From an uncultured virus (IMG/VR IMGVR_UViG_3300007722_002942) (Duplodnaviria > Heunggongvirae > Uroviricota > Caudoviricetes), in IMG/VR virus record IMGVR_UViG_3300007722_002942: 64,000 nucleotides of DNA; one strand, written 5' to 3'. Under the pieces are notes generated by a model, which ran no database searches, was not told where the DNA came from, and saw only the letters and a program-made list of their open reading frames with translations. Within the stretch, counting starts at the first letter, position 1, and each line of letters opens with the position of its first letter. This document shows, in pieces, positions 1 through 9,632 of this stretch. A program made the translations under genes and the position numbers.

Positions 1-199
1 AGAGATTAAAGAGATTAAAGAGATTAAAGATGTTGTAAAGATAAAAAAGAAATCATGGTTTAAATGGAAGTTATGGAGACTAGCATTTGCTCCAAATTAT
101 CCAACTTCGTCTGTTTGCGAGGGAAACAATCGTTGGTATAGAATATTCCCTGGATTTTTCTGGCGTTACGACAAGACAGGCAGTGGAACTAAAAACTAA
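1..199 (+). CDS. 3' end of hypothetical protein (partial), with (EIK)3 repeat
   Basis: Frame 2 is open from the window edge to TAA 197-199; 9-bp repeat AGAGATTAA x3. Confidence 0.55.
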   Translation, partial: EIKEIKEIKDVVKIKKKSWFKWKLWRLAFAPNYPTSSVCEGNNRWYRIFPGFFWRYDKTGSGTKN

Positions 200-271
200 G
201 CCGGATTAGTTTAATTGGAAAAACATAATTCTCGTAAAATTAAGTTACCAGTTCAATTCTGGTATCTGGCT
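200..271 (+). tRNA. tRNA-Thr(CGT)
   Basis: Acceptor GCCGGAT/ATCTGGC; anticodon arm TAATT-CTCGTAA-AATTA; T arm ACCAG-TTCAATT-CTGGT. Confidence 0.85.
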
Positions 272-304
272 TATTATTTAATAACATGTCGATATAGAGA
301 ATAC

Positions 305-377
305 GGCGATATAGCTCAATTGGCAGAGCAAGCTCTTCATACGGGAAAGGTTGCAGGTTCGAGTCCTGCTATCGCTA
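305..377 (+). tRNA. tRNA with CAT anticodon (Met or Ile2), weak anticodon stem
   Basis: Acceptor GGCGATA/TATCGCT; canonical D arm; T arm GCAGG-TTCGAGT-CCTGC; loop TTCATAC with two mismatches in the stem. Confidence 0.7.
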
Positions 378-379
378 TT

Positions 380-781
380 ATGGAAAAAAATACTAAAACA
401 AAGTCTATAATACCAACTAAAGTGAAACATACTACGGGTAGTATAATAATACCTAAAAATAAAACTGAAACTGAAAAAGATGAGTATTATAATGAATGTA
501 CTGCTAATTCATATTATAATTTTTACAAAATTTGTAGAAATGCTGTTTCTTTTGCTAAAAGAAAATTATTATTAGAAACTCCAAATGACAAGTTTAAAAG
601 GTGTCCAATTAGATTCTTAGGATTCAAATGGAGTAGATTATCAACTTGGTTTATTAGTAAAGATAAAAAGATTAATAATTTCAAGAAAAATTATTGCAAT
701 TCAAATTCTACGAATGAGAAGATTGACTTATGGTTTGAAAGAAGTGGATTATCTCTTACTAAGACAAAATGGATGCAATAG
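380..781 (+). CDS. hypothetical protein
   Basis: Track ORF 215..781 trimmed to ATG 380 because its 5' part overlaps two tRNAs. Confidence 0.6.
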   Translation: MEKNTKTKSIIPTKVKHTTGSIIIPKNKTETEKDEYYNECTANSYYNFYKICRNAVSFAKRKLLLETPNDKFKRCPIRFLGFKWSRLSTWFISKDKKINNFKKNYCNSNSTNEKIDLWFERSGLSLTKTKWMQ

Positions 782-799
782 TGTAACAGGAGTTATAAA

Positions 800-1318
800 A
801 TGTATAACATCGGAATTAAACTGGATAAAAGTTTTTACGGTAAAGATTACAAAGTAGGATGGGATATGACTGCTAATTATGCAGTTGTTACAAATATGGT
901 AGATGACAGACAGCCCGGCCTACTAGGAAAATTAGAAAGGCTAATAGCCAGCGGCATAGCATACTCTCACTTAGAATATGCGTTTTTTGATCGCAATTTT
1001 CTATGTGAACAAAAAACATTCGTAAAAAAAACTGAAGCAGAACAAAGAAAATGGTTAGAGCAAACTTGGACTAGATTTACAGACTATGAAATGGGACATG
1101 GAATACCAAATGACCATATGAAAGATGTAGAAGAACGTGCTTATACATTATGGATTAACGATGGAAAACCAGAAGGTAAGGCAGGAGAGCATTATCAAAG
1201 AGCCAAATTTGAAATACGAGGCTCACCGCCACAACATAGTTCTAACTCTGATTATGGTCGCAAGCACTATCGAACATACTGCAACAATGATGATGGATAT
1301 TGGCCTCATGAAGCTTAG
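800..1318 (+). CDS. hypothetical protein with DUF2934-like segment
   Basis: RBS AGGAG; motif VEERAYTLWINDGKPEGKAGEHYQRA. Confidence 0.65.
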   Translation: MYNIGIKLDKSFYGKDYKVGWDMTANYAVVTNMVDDRQPGLLGKLERLIASGIAYSHLEYAFFDRNFLCEQKTFVKKTEAEQRKWLEQTWTRFTDYEMGHGIPNDHMKDVEERAYTLWINDGKPEGKAGEHYQRAKFEIRGSPPQHSSNSDYGRKHYRTYCNNDDGYWPHEA

Positions 1319-1371
1319 TTTTATTAACAAGTAGTACTTAGAATACTTGTTTAAAATATAGTAATAACATT

Positions 1372-1443
1372 GCCGTGTTAGTTATAATGGTAGAACACAT
1401 CTTTGGTAAAGATGAGGAATGGGTTCAATTCCCATACATGGCT
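1372..1443 (+). tRNA. tRNA-Thr(GGT)
   Basis: Acceptor GCCGTGT/ACATGGC; anticodon arm CATCT-TTGGTAA-AGATG; T arm ATGGG-TTCAATT-CCCAT. Confidence 0.88.
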
Positions 1444-1446
1444 TAT

Positions 1447-1698
1447 ATGATTAAAATCATAATATTATTTATTTTTATTATACAAACATCTGGATGTTCA
1501 AGCATATATAGATTATCAGATATATATAATAATTTTCCTGTAAAACCTATTGGTTTTAGAATAAAAAACACAGATAAATCAGAAGTAAAATGGATAATTA
1601 TGTTTGAATTTAATTTTGGTACAAATTATGAAAAAAGAAAAATCATATTTTTTAGTTTAGAAAAAGAGGATTACGGAAAAGAAGCATATCGTCATTAA
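1447..1698 (+). CDS. small putative lipoprotein
   Basis: ORF trimmed past the tRNA; hydrophobic N-terminus followed by TSGC lipobox-like motif. Confidence 0.45.
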   Translation: MIKIIILFIFIIQTSGCSSIYRLSDIYNNFPVKPIGFRIKNTDKSEVKWIIMFEFNFGTNYEKRKIIFFSLEKEDYGKEAYRH

Positions 1699-1815
1699 AA
1701 CTCCGGAAAGACTTTATAACAGACATTACTGAATGACAGTGTTAATGGCTTGTGTCTTTATTGTGTTAAAGATATAAAAGTCAGATTAGATTCTATTGTC
1801 TATGGAGTGTCAACG

Positions 1816-2142
1816 ATGCCAGATATTGATCCATGTGAGTTAGTACCTAATACAGAGCATATTAAAACAGAAGACGTAAAATTAGATCATAATCAAAAAG
1901 CCACTGCTGGAAGAGAAGAAATTTTTCTTAATTACGAAAATAGTTTTTTTGAAAAATGTAAATCATTTATTTTATCAACTGTATTTGTTATATTTTTTGT
2001 ATTTTTATTTTTACTATTTACAATGATGGTATTAATTTCAATTAATAGTTTATTTAAAACAGATATAGAGATAAATTTAAAAACAATGTTTTCTGCAATA
2101 TTTCTGCTTGTTTCTATTTTTATTATAACAAGGCAGTCATAA
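1816..2142 (+). CDS. membrane protein (2 TM)
   Basis: GGAG RBS before ATG 1816; two hydrophobic segments. Confidence 0.55.
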   Translation: MPDIDPCELVPNTEHIKTEDVKLDHNQKATAGREEIFLNYENSFFEKCKSFILSTVFVIFFVFLFLLFTMMVLISINSLFKTDIEINLKTMFSAIFLLVSIFIITRQS

Positions 2143-2143
2143 T

Positions 2144-2497
2144 ATGAAAACAATATCTGATTATATGAAGTTTTTTGGAGATAAAGAATGGGTTGAATTA
2201 AAACAAGTAAGGGATTTAACCTTTTCAAAGGATGATCCTAATTCTTTTGTTTTTTTCAGTGAAAAAGGAATTCAGATTACATCATCCATAAATACTTATG
2301 GAAATAAAAAAATATTAAAAGTGTCTTTATCTCCATTATTTTCAATTAGAAAAGATCTTTCATGTTCTGAGTTTGAAAAGTATATATTGCAATCATCCTC
2401 TGCTATTTTGAAGTTGTTTTTTGGAGATATAAAATTCTGCGATCCAATTAATAGTAAATACAACTATGCATCTAAATTATACGAAGCAATAGTTTGA
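2144..2497 (+). CDS. hypothetical protein
   Basis: Tightly packed ORF. Confidence 0.6.
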   Translation: MKTISDYMKFFGDKEWVELKQVRDLTFSKDDPNSFVFFSEKGIQITSSINTYGNKKILKVSLSPLFSIRKDLSCSEFEKYILQSSSAILKLFFGDIKFCDPINSKYNYASKLYEAIV

Positions 2498-2573
2498 AAG
2501 AATATATTCTTTAGAAATTGGTTAAATTGAAAAAGATTAAGGAAAGTTTAATAAAATATCTGAATATATTACT

Positions 2574-2759
2574 ATGAAAGATAAAATTATAGAAAACGGA
2601 ATTTCTTACACTATTATGGATGATGGAAAAAATACTTGCATAATATGTAAATTATGTAAGATAAAAAGTTATAATAATAAGGATATATCTAATAAATATT
2701 GTGAAAAATGCCATATATGGCATTATGATATAGAGAGAATTATTTGTGACGCAGATTAA
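2574..2759 (+). CDS. small Zn-finger-like protein
   Basis: CKLC...CEKC pairs. Confidence 0.55.
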   Translation: MKDKIIENGISYTIMDDGKNTCIICKLCKIKSYNNKDISNKYCEKCHIWHYDIERIICDAD

Positions 2760-2774
2760 TAATAGGACATAATT

Positions 2775-3128
2775 ATGAAAAAAGAAGGAAAGTTCGTAAG
2801 CAAAGGCTGGGGGTATGAGTTTTGGATCGTTAATAAAGAAGAATATTGCGGAAAGATATTATTTTTCAAAAAAGATAAGAAGTGTAGCTGGCACTATCAT
2901 AGGTTGAAAGATGAGACTTTTTTTATTCAATCTGGAAAATTAAAATTGATTTATTCCTATGGAGATGATAAATCAAAAGCCACAGAAGTTATCTTAGAAA
3001 AAGGTGATATTTTTCATATTACAGTTGGACTTAGGCATCAAATGACAGCAATTATGGATACGGAAATGTTTGAATTTAGTACAGAACATTTTGATGAAGA
3101 CTCAATAAGAGTAGAAAGGGGAGATTAA
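2775..3128 (+). CDS. cupin-domain protein (sugar isomerase-like)
   Basis: KGWGYE, SWHYHRLKDETF and H-containing second cupin motif. Confidence 0.85.
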   Translation: MKKEGKFVSKGWGYEFWIVNKEEYCGKILFFKKDKKCSWHYHRLKDETFFIQSGKLKLIYSYGDDKSKATEVILEKGDIFHITVGLRHQMTAIMDTEMFEFSTEHFDEDSIRVERGD

Positions 3129-3652
3129 TGTCAACATATTTTATTGATTTAGATGGAACTATTTTCAATCATGGAACAAATGATTTTCTTCCAGGATCAA
3201 GAGAATATATTGAAGAATTAAAAGAAGATGGTCATATGATAGTCTTCACGACCAGAAGGGGTCAAGAATTTGAAGGTCATCCTGTATATGATAAAAAGAA
3301 AACATTAGAGGCTTTGAAAAGGCTTAACATAAAGTATGATTCTATAATTTTCGATTCTCCTAGTCCAAGAATAGTTATTAATGACTCAGGATGCAGTTCT
3401 ATTAATTGCATATCAAATGAGGGATTAGAAGAAGAAAGAATAAATATTAAAAAAGAAAAAAAAATAGCAGAAGATATTATAAATGATATTTTTGGTTACC
3501 CTGCATTTTTTCTATATAAAGCAAACATATTAGGAAATTATAGATGGTATAGAGCAAATAATAGGAAAGAAGCAGCTAAATCTTTTATAGACGGAGAGAG
3601 TATAAAACTTATGGATGAAGATGAACAAGAAGAGTATGAAAAATCCTTATAA
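3128..3652 (+). CDS. HAD-superfamily phosphatase
   Basis: FIDLDGT motif I; FTTR motif II; INDS. Confidence 0.8.
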   Translation: MSTYFIDLDGTIFNHGTNDFLPGSREYIEELKEDGHMIVFTTRRGQEFEGHPVYDKKKTLEALKRLNIKYDSIIFDSPSPRIVINDSGCSSINCISNEGLEEERINIKKEKKIAEDIINDIFGYPAFFLYKANILGNYRWYRANNRKEAAKSFIDGESIKLMDEDEQEEYEKSL

Positions 3653-3664
3653 TATGGACACAAT

Positions 3665-4114
3665 ATGAAAGAATCTATAACAGTAGCTACACAGAAAATA
3701 GATATTGAAATAAAGCCTATTACCTTGCTTGTTCCATCTCATGAATTTTCTGCTGGTCCTAGAATTGACTATCCAAGCAGACTCAAGATAGATACGGACG
3801 CTACGGTACATCATGCAAGAAATGTCAAAAAATTACATAAAAAATTTATAGAAACATGGAAAACTTTTATGCTTAACACAAGTTGCAAGGAATATGTTAA
3901 GTATGAAATTACAGCAGATAATATTAGAACTTTTGGTATGGGTTCTATTCATTTAATGGGACTTATTGATTTGTCATTAAAATTCAAAGATATAAATATT
4001 CCTTTTGTATGGGTTTATCCAGAGTCTTTTCTTCATCCAAGTTGGCATGGTGCATTGGTAGATTTAGCAATATCGCTATCTGAGGATCAAGATATTCATT
4101 CTCCGGAAAATTAA
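3665..4114 (+). CDS. hypothetical protein
   Basis: ORF; YPESFLHPSW resembles an ABC-ATPase D-loop remnant. Confidence 0.55.
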   Translation: MKESITVATQKIDIEIKPITLLVPSHEFSAGPRIDYPSRLKIDTDATVHHARNVKKLHKKFIETWKTFMLNTSCKEYVKYEITADNIRTFGMGSIHLMGLIDLSLKFKDINIPFVWVYPESFLHPSWHGALVDLAISLSEDQDIHSPEN

Positions 4115-4277
4115 TCAAAAAGATTATACAGTCACGATCATTATCATAAAATAAGGAAAAATATCATGATTTCTTTCGCAAAAAACTCATTTGGCTCAGG
4201 TATGGAACTAAATATCACTATTAGGTTATGGACTAATAGTAATATATGTAGTTCTAACACTAACCAAAGGAGTCCCT

Positions 4278-5135
4278 ATGCGCAGCGACATGTCAAAATT
4301 GATTACAGAATGTTATCGTACTAGCGGTGGTCCCTATAAAAAACATCGTTCCAAGTTGAAACATGAATTAAGATTATCATTAATAAATGATGATTATGAT
4401 TTTCTTTGCAAAAGAGAATCGATTATTGGATGGGCAGTTCGAAGCTGGAATAATAAAGATTTTGGCGAGAATCTAGCTCCTTTGAGAAGATTCCTTCTAG
4501 GTAGTATTGGTAAGTTATGGAGTGATGTTCACAGCGAGATGGCTGAGCATATCAGTTATAGCTCCACTGTACAGAGACATATTTGGGAGCATGTTTTTCA
4601 TTATGTAGAAGAAAAAACTTTTATCGAAGATGAAAAAGTTTATTTTTATGACCGTTTCTCTTACGGATACCAGGGATCGAAAAGAGTTATTGAAGACAGT
4701 TATGCTATTGTTTATATTTGTCCTGAAACATTTGTATTAAAAGCCGTTCCTCCTAGAAAAAAGCTTCCTCAGAGAGAAGATTATAAAATTAGATACCTTG
4801 TTTTGGATAAAGATAATCAGGCTCATTGGATTTTCGGGGAATGGTATAAAATTACTCTTGCTAAAACTCCTGAGCCTTATTATATCAATACTCTTGATGA
4901 TATATTTGGAAACGGTAAAGCAAAAAGAGAATTATTTTATCCATCTTTTAAAGACGTTGCAACCGAAGACATAAAGAATACCTGGAACGCCATCTACGGG
5001 ATGTCTGTCTTTTACCAAGGTTACAATAGACCTGATGATAAAAGAAGAGAAGTTATATATGGCATCAAAAATGTCTATGCTATCAAGAAGAAACAAATTA
5101 ATAAAAGAGAAAAAAGAAAATTAGGATTGAAATAG
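4278..5135 (+). CDS. conserved hypothetical protein
   Basis: Strong RBS AAGGAG; ENLAPLRRFL..GKLWSDVHSE motif resembles a widespread uncharacterised bacterial family. Confidence 0.7.
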   Translation: MRSDMSKLITECYRTSGGPYKKHRSKLKHELRLSLINDDYDFLCKRESIIGWAVRSWNNKDFGENLAPLRRFLLGSIGKLWSDVHSEMAEHISYSSTVQRHIWEHVFHYVEEKTFIEDEKVYFYDRFSYGYQGSKRVIEDSYAIVYICPETFVLKAVPPRKKLPQREDYKIRYLVLDKDNQAHWIFGEWYKITLAKTPEPYYINTLDDIFGNGKAKRELFYPSFKDVATEDIKNTWNAIYGMSVFYQGYNRPDDKRREVIYGIKNVYAIKKKQINKREKRKLGLK

Positions 5136-5164
5136 AGTGTAAAAAATTATGATATAAGTTTGAT

Positions 5165-5995
5165 ATGGATTATAAGCCAATACCAACAAATGTGGGCGTT
5201 GGCTTTTCTTTAAATAGTAGAGTAGCATTATCTGAGATATATACGGAAATAGAGAAATTTGGCAAATTTTATTATCTGGTTAGGGATTTCAGCTTTAATA
5301 TGCCATCCTATAGATCGAGTCTTGAGATAAAAGAAAACATTATCATATGCTCAGCATACTCGTCATTTCTTGATAATATAAGAGCATTATCTATTTCATC
5401 TGTTCTTTCTAGGCTTCTTCCTAAAAACAAAGTATATGTAAAAATATCTGACGATTATGGGCTTATTGATATTTTCGATAAAAATATAATTATCAATCCT
5501 GAATCATTTGATGCTAAGATGGTAAATATAGGAAAGGTTAATTCAGATTATAAGTATTCTAAGATTGATATTCATTTTGCTATATTTGATATGCTATGCT
5601 ATAAGCATAATAATATAATACATAAAAATATAAGAAATTTATCTGAATTGTATTTTAGTATAATAGGTGATATAAAAAATAAATTTCACAGCATATCTGA
5701 AAAAATAGAGCCTAACTATAAATTAAAAGTTTTATCTCAGCATAATTCTTATTTGCTTGGCTTTGGATGCTACGATGAATATTATAGAAACATGGCATCA
5801 GAAAATAAAATTCATATTTTTATTAAATATTCTTTAGAGTTTTGTAAAAGAATATTACGAAGATTAGAAGAAGGTGCATTAAATTTGTCAGCAGACTTAC
5901 ACTGGACAATAGAAGAATGCCTGTCTATGCTAGAATCGCATATGCAAATTATTTTTGGATCAAAATTAGGTTCTTATGTATGGGAGACAATATAG
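5165..5995 (+). CDS. hypothetical protein
   Basis: 276-aa ORF. Confidence 0.6.
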   Translation: MDYKPIPTNVGVGFSLNSRVALSEIYTEIEKFGKFYYLVRDFSFNMPSYRSSLEIKENIIICSAYSSFLDNIRALSISSVLSRLLPKNKVYVKISDDYGLIDIFDKNIIINPESFDAKMVNIGKVNSDYKYSKIDIHFAIFDMLCYKHNNIIHKNIRNLSELYFSIIGDIKNKFHSISEKIEPNYKLKVLSQHNSYLLGFGCYDEYYRNMASENKIHIFIKYSLEFCKRILRRLEEGALNLSADLHWTIEECLSMLESHMQIIFGSKLGSYVWETI

Positions 5996-6345
5996 TGCCA
6001 AAGTATACTCAAGAAGATATTAATAGGTGGGATAAGATAATCGAGGAAGATAGTAGCATTCCATCTTTTATAAAAAGACCTAAAACAAATGGAAGAGAGC
6101 TTTGTAGAATATGCATGTGGATAGGAGAGCAACTTATTACAAAAGCCAATTATACAGTTAAAGAGGTTAAGGTTACGGGAAGAGCCTTTGCTATGAAGCA
6201 TATATTAAAAATTAGTAAGCCATCTTTAATATGGACTCATGCAGAGGAATTTGTGTTAGAAATATGTAATAATGTTGCTAACGCATCTAACAATTCATCA
6301 GGAGCATCTAATAATGAATCTTCCCATAAAGGTAAAGATAAGTAG
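5995..6345 (+). CDS. hypothetical protein
   Basis: Track ORF 5917..6345; likely GTG start overlapping the upstream stop, GGAG RBS. Confidence 0.5.
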   Translation: MPKYTQEDINRWDKIIEEDSSIPSFIKRPKTNGRELCRICMWIGEQLITKANYTVKEVKVTGRAFAMKHILKISKPSLIWTHAEEFVLEICNNVANASNNSSGASNNESSHKGKDK

Positions 6346-6646
6346 TGACATACTAGATTACGACATGAGAATTCACTGGGAAGGATATATGTATAGGAAA
6401 TATATAGAAAATAAGAAATATATTCATTTTTGCGATGTAGAAATAGAAGTTATTACTGAGCGTAATTTCTTAAAAAAAGAGATAATTTTAGGTAATACTG
6501 TATATATTTGGAAATCTGGTCCTTTTTGGTGGGGATATAGCGAAGAAAGTAAAAATATAATATGTTGCTGGTATAGAGGACAGTTGGTATCGAGTTTTTT
6601 AAAGAACAGAATTAATTTTAGGAATATAAATGAAAAAGATAATTAA
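6272..6646 (+). CDS. hypothetical protein (start uncertain)
   Basis: ORF fills gap in the operon. Confidence 0.5.
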   Translation: MLLTHLTIHQEHLIMNLPIKVKISSDILDYDMRIHWEGYMYRKYIENKKYIHFCDVEIEVITERNFLKKEIILGNTVYIWKSGPFWWGYSEESKNIICCWYRGQLVSSFLKNRINFRNINEKDN

Positions 6647-7613
6647 TATTTCTTACAGTAGGTTTAAAGACCCAAATAGGCCAGATGTAGATTATGATAC
6701 TAATTTTAGATTTGTAATTAAAAATATATTCATAGATCATGATTACATATTTAATCTAGTTCCGCTTTCTATGGCAGACTATGTTATTTATTTTGGTCAT
6801 GAAACTAGAGCTAATGGGTTAAAGCCAGGGATGTTTGAAACAGATCCTACTCATTCGCACATAAAAATTCTTGTAACATGGGAACCTCCATCTTTTGACA
6901 GTTTTGATGATTATGATTGGATATATTCATGGTGTTATGATGATATGGTTTGTAAAGATAATCATCTTAGAGTTCCTTTCTATTATTTCTTTAGATCATA
7001 TGAAAATATAAAAAATGATATAAAAAATATTAAAAATATATTGTGCAAAAAAACAGAATTTTGTCATTTTGTATATTCTAGAGAAGTTGAGATAAGAAAT
7101 GAATTTTTTAGAAGATTAAGCAAGTATAAAAAGATTGATGCTCCTGGAAAGTGTTGTAATAATATGCCTGTATTAGAAAAGCCACCCGCAGGAGGAATAA
7201 CTTCATATAAACCGTTTGATTTTTTAAGTAAGTATAAGTTTTCAATATCTTTTGAAAACTCATCCTTTTTAGGATATACAAGTGAAAAAATATTAGAATC
7301 ATCATTATCAGGGGCGATACCTATTTACTGGGGAAATCCATGTGTACATAGAGATTTTAATATAAATAGAATAATAGAAATTAACGAAAATGAATCTGCT
7401 GTTCCTGTTTTTGGTAAAAATAGACCTATTCATGATTACGCAAAAAAACCAAGTAAGTTGCTATTGGAAAAGATGGATGAAGCTATAGAGAGAATAATTA
7501 TATTAGATAATAATTACGATATGTATATTGAAATGGCTAGTCTCCCTTATATTGATTCTTCTGATATATTCTACAATGGTATTCTAAAAAGAACATCAGA
7601 AATATTTGGATAA
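6630..7613 (+). CDS. glycosyltransferase family 10 (alpha-1,3-fucosyltransferase-like)
   Basis: YKFSISFENSSFLGYTSEKI...GAIPIYWG signature. Confidence 0.9.
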   Translation: MKKIINISYSRFKDPNRPDVDYDTNFRFVIKNIFIDHDYIFNLVPLSMADYVIYFGHETRANGLKPGMFETDPTHSHIKILVTWEPPSFDSFDDYDWIYSWCYDDMVCKDNHLRVPFYYFFRSYENIKNDIKNIKNILCKKTEFCHFVYSREVEIRNEFFRRLSKYKKIDAPGKCCNNMPVLEKPPAGGITSYKPFDFLSKYKFSISFENSSFLGYTSEKILESSLSGAIPIYWGNPCVHRDFNINRIIEINENESAVPVFGKNRPIHDYAKKPSKLLLEKMDEAIERIIILDNNYDMYIEMASLPYIDSSDIFYNGILKRTSEIFG

Positions 7614-8322
7614 AATTATGAAAAATAAAGACATAACAGAATATTTAAACGATAACTCCTTAAAATATATATCTGATGCTATAAAGAAGTGTCTGAAAGA
7701 TAATCCTACTTCATCTAAGTGGGATTATAAGTTTGATCTTGTTTCTGGGAAAATCGTTAATAAGCAAGCTAACACCTGGTTTATGTTTGATGCCGTTGAT
7801 GGAGGAGATATCCTTGTAGATTTTATGAAAGCGTTATATAGTAGAGAATTTACATCAGATGAGGATGTATCTGTAAATGAGTTTATGTCAAAAATAGCAT
7901 TGTCGTTAATGAATGACTCTAATTCTCAAAATCTAAGGGATCAAATTCGAAAAAATGTTATGCCACAATCTGATCCTAGATTTTTCCCATTAAAAGACAT
8001 ATATATAGAATCCATAGATATATTAGATTTTTCTGGCGTTAGAAGTGATCATAAGCATCTTGTTAGATGGAAAAAAATACCAGGATGTCATATTAATATA
8101 AAGAAGATGACAGACTATATCAATAGCAAAATAGGTGATGATGAATCCGTATCTCTTACTGATATCGTTAAGCAAGAGATAGATAACGCTAATCCTATTT
8201 TTGATGGAGTTTTAGGTGTGGAAATTGGAGATAAATATCTTTTCGATATTAATATTTCACTTTTTGCAGACTATTCACCAGAGGATAGGGATAGGGTTGA
8301 GGCGGCAATAGTAGCTGGTTAA
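7606..8322 (+). CDS. hypothetical protein
   Basis: 238-aa ORF. Confidence 0.6.
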   Translation: MDKIMKNKDITEYLNDNSLKYISDAIKKCLKDNPTSSKWDYKFDLVSGKIVNKQANTWFMFDAVDGGDILVDFMKALYSREFTSDEDVSVNEFMSKIALSLMNDSNSQNLRDQIRKNVMPQSDPRFFPLKDIYIESIDILDFSGVRSDHKHLVRWKKIPGCHINIKKMTDYINSKIGDDESVSLTDIVKQEIDNANPIFDGVLGVEIGDKYLFDINISLFADYSPEDRDRVEAAIVAG

Positions 8323-8386
8323 ACTCCGGAATGTTCTGGATCATATGCATATCTGTAGATAAATCCAAGAGTAGTGAAGTTATATA

Positions 8387-8659
8387 ATGAAAATTTCTGA
8401 AAAAAAAGCTTTAAAGTTTGCGACTCTTGAATGGAAGATGAGATTTGCCCAAGAAGGAGACGAATTCGAAGAGGAACCAAATAGTGATGATGTAAAATTC
8501 TGGAAAAAAGATGCTCCATCAATGCTTGCCACTATGATTTATGACGGCTTATTTCAAGAATTGACTAGAAATAGTATTCAAAAATACATCAAGGCATTTG
8601 GTAAAAACATTTGGTATGAGGCTGGAATACTCATCGCCCTACGAAATCATGATACTTAA
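8387..8659 (+). CDS. hypothetical protein
   Basis: ORF downstream of TCCGGA motif. Confidence 0.55.
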   Translation: MKISEKKALKFATLEWKMRFAQEGDEFEEEPNSDDVKFWKKDAPSMLATMIYDGLFQELTRNSIQKYIKAFGKNIWYEAGILIALRNHDT

Positions 8660-8684
8660 TTGTGATTAAATCTGGTTTATAAAA

Positions 8685-9032
8685 ATGGATAAACTTGAAA
8701 AGAAAATTTCATATCATTCTGGTTACGATTGCTTTACTCCAGATATTGGAGAACATAAAGAGATGAAGTGTTTAGCTTGTGGCGAAAACATGAATAAAGC
8801 GGTATGCTCTTATGGCCCCACGGGTATGATAGAGGCTATGGCCGGTGGAGAGCATTTTCATGATACATTTACATGTAGCAATTCCGGTAAAGAGTGGCAT
8901 GACCAGGTTATATTTTTATTAAAATATATTACAAATTGTCCCAGCAAAGTTATTTCTGATTTAATTAGTAAAGAAGTTGATGATATTATTAAATTTAAAA
9001 CTGCCACAAAAACTAGCTATTCAAGGTGGTAG
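8685..9032 (+). CDS. hypothetical protein, possible metal-binding
   Basis: CLAC...HD.F.C...WH pattern. Confidence 0.6.
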   Translation: MDKLEKKISYHSGYDCFTPDIGEHKEMKCLACGENMNKAVCSYGPTGMIEAMAGGEHFHDTFTCSNSGKEWHDQVIFLLKYITNCPSKVISDLISKEVDDIIKFKTATKTSYSRW

Positions 9033-9053
9033 ACATTTCCTTAAAATGGATCA

Positions 9054-9632
9054 ATGATTGATCCCACAGTAATCACTAATTTTAACAGGACAGAGAGAGA
9101 ATTGCAAGAATTCTTGCTGTTTTGCATTTGCGTTGCTGGTAAAACAGCTTGGCAAATTGCGAAGAAAGTAGATAGTCTTATAAAGGTATCTTGTTTATCT
9201 ACTGGGGATTCTGATATTTTTCTGTCCCTATCAAAGCAGGATGATCTGTATAGTTTTCTTATTTCTCGGAAAATAGGAAATTATAAAAAGCATACAAGGT
9301 GCTTTAGAGAGTTAATAAAGGCTAATTTAGATTTAAGAACTTCTTCTGTTGAAGATTTAGAAAAGATACACGGTATAGGCCCAAAGACAGCCAGATATTT
9401 TGTGTTGCATTCTAGGGATAATTCCAGAGTAGCATGCCTTGACCGTCACGTGCTAAAGTGGTTAGGAGAAAAAGGTCACAAAGTTCCAAAATCAACTCCT
9501 TCTGGTAATAAATATAAACAATTAGAGTCGATATTTATTAAAGAAGCAGATATGCAAAATATATCTATATCTAAACTTGATCTTAATATATGGAATTTAT
9601 ACGCTAGGGCTAAACCGGAATCATGGACATAA
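9054..9632 (+). CDS. HhH-GPD family DNA N-glycosylase/lyase
   Basis: LEKIHGIGPKTA HhH motif followed by ACLDRH. Confidence 0.8.
   Translation: MIDPTVITNFNRTERELQEFLLFCICVAGKTAWQIAKKVDSLIKVSCLSTGDSDIFLSLSKQDDLYSFLISRKIGNYKKHTRCFRELIKANLDLRTSSVEDLEKIHGIGPKTARYFVLHSRDNSRVACLDRHVLKWLGEKGHKVPKSTPSGNKYKQLESIFIKEADMQNISISKLDLNIWNLYARAKPESWT

Noticed and set aside
215..379. N-terminal extensions of ORFs 215..781, 1375..1698, 17648..17869 and 18544..18798
   Set aside because: These extensions run through tRNA genes; downstream ATGs are more plausible starts.
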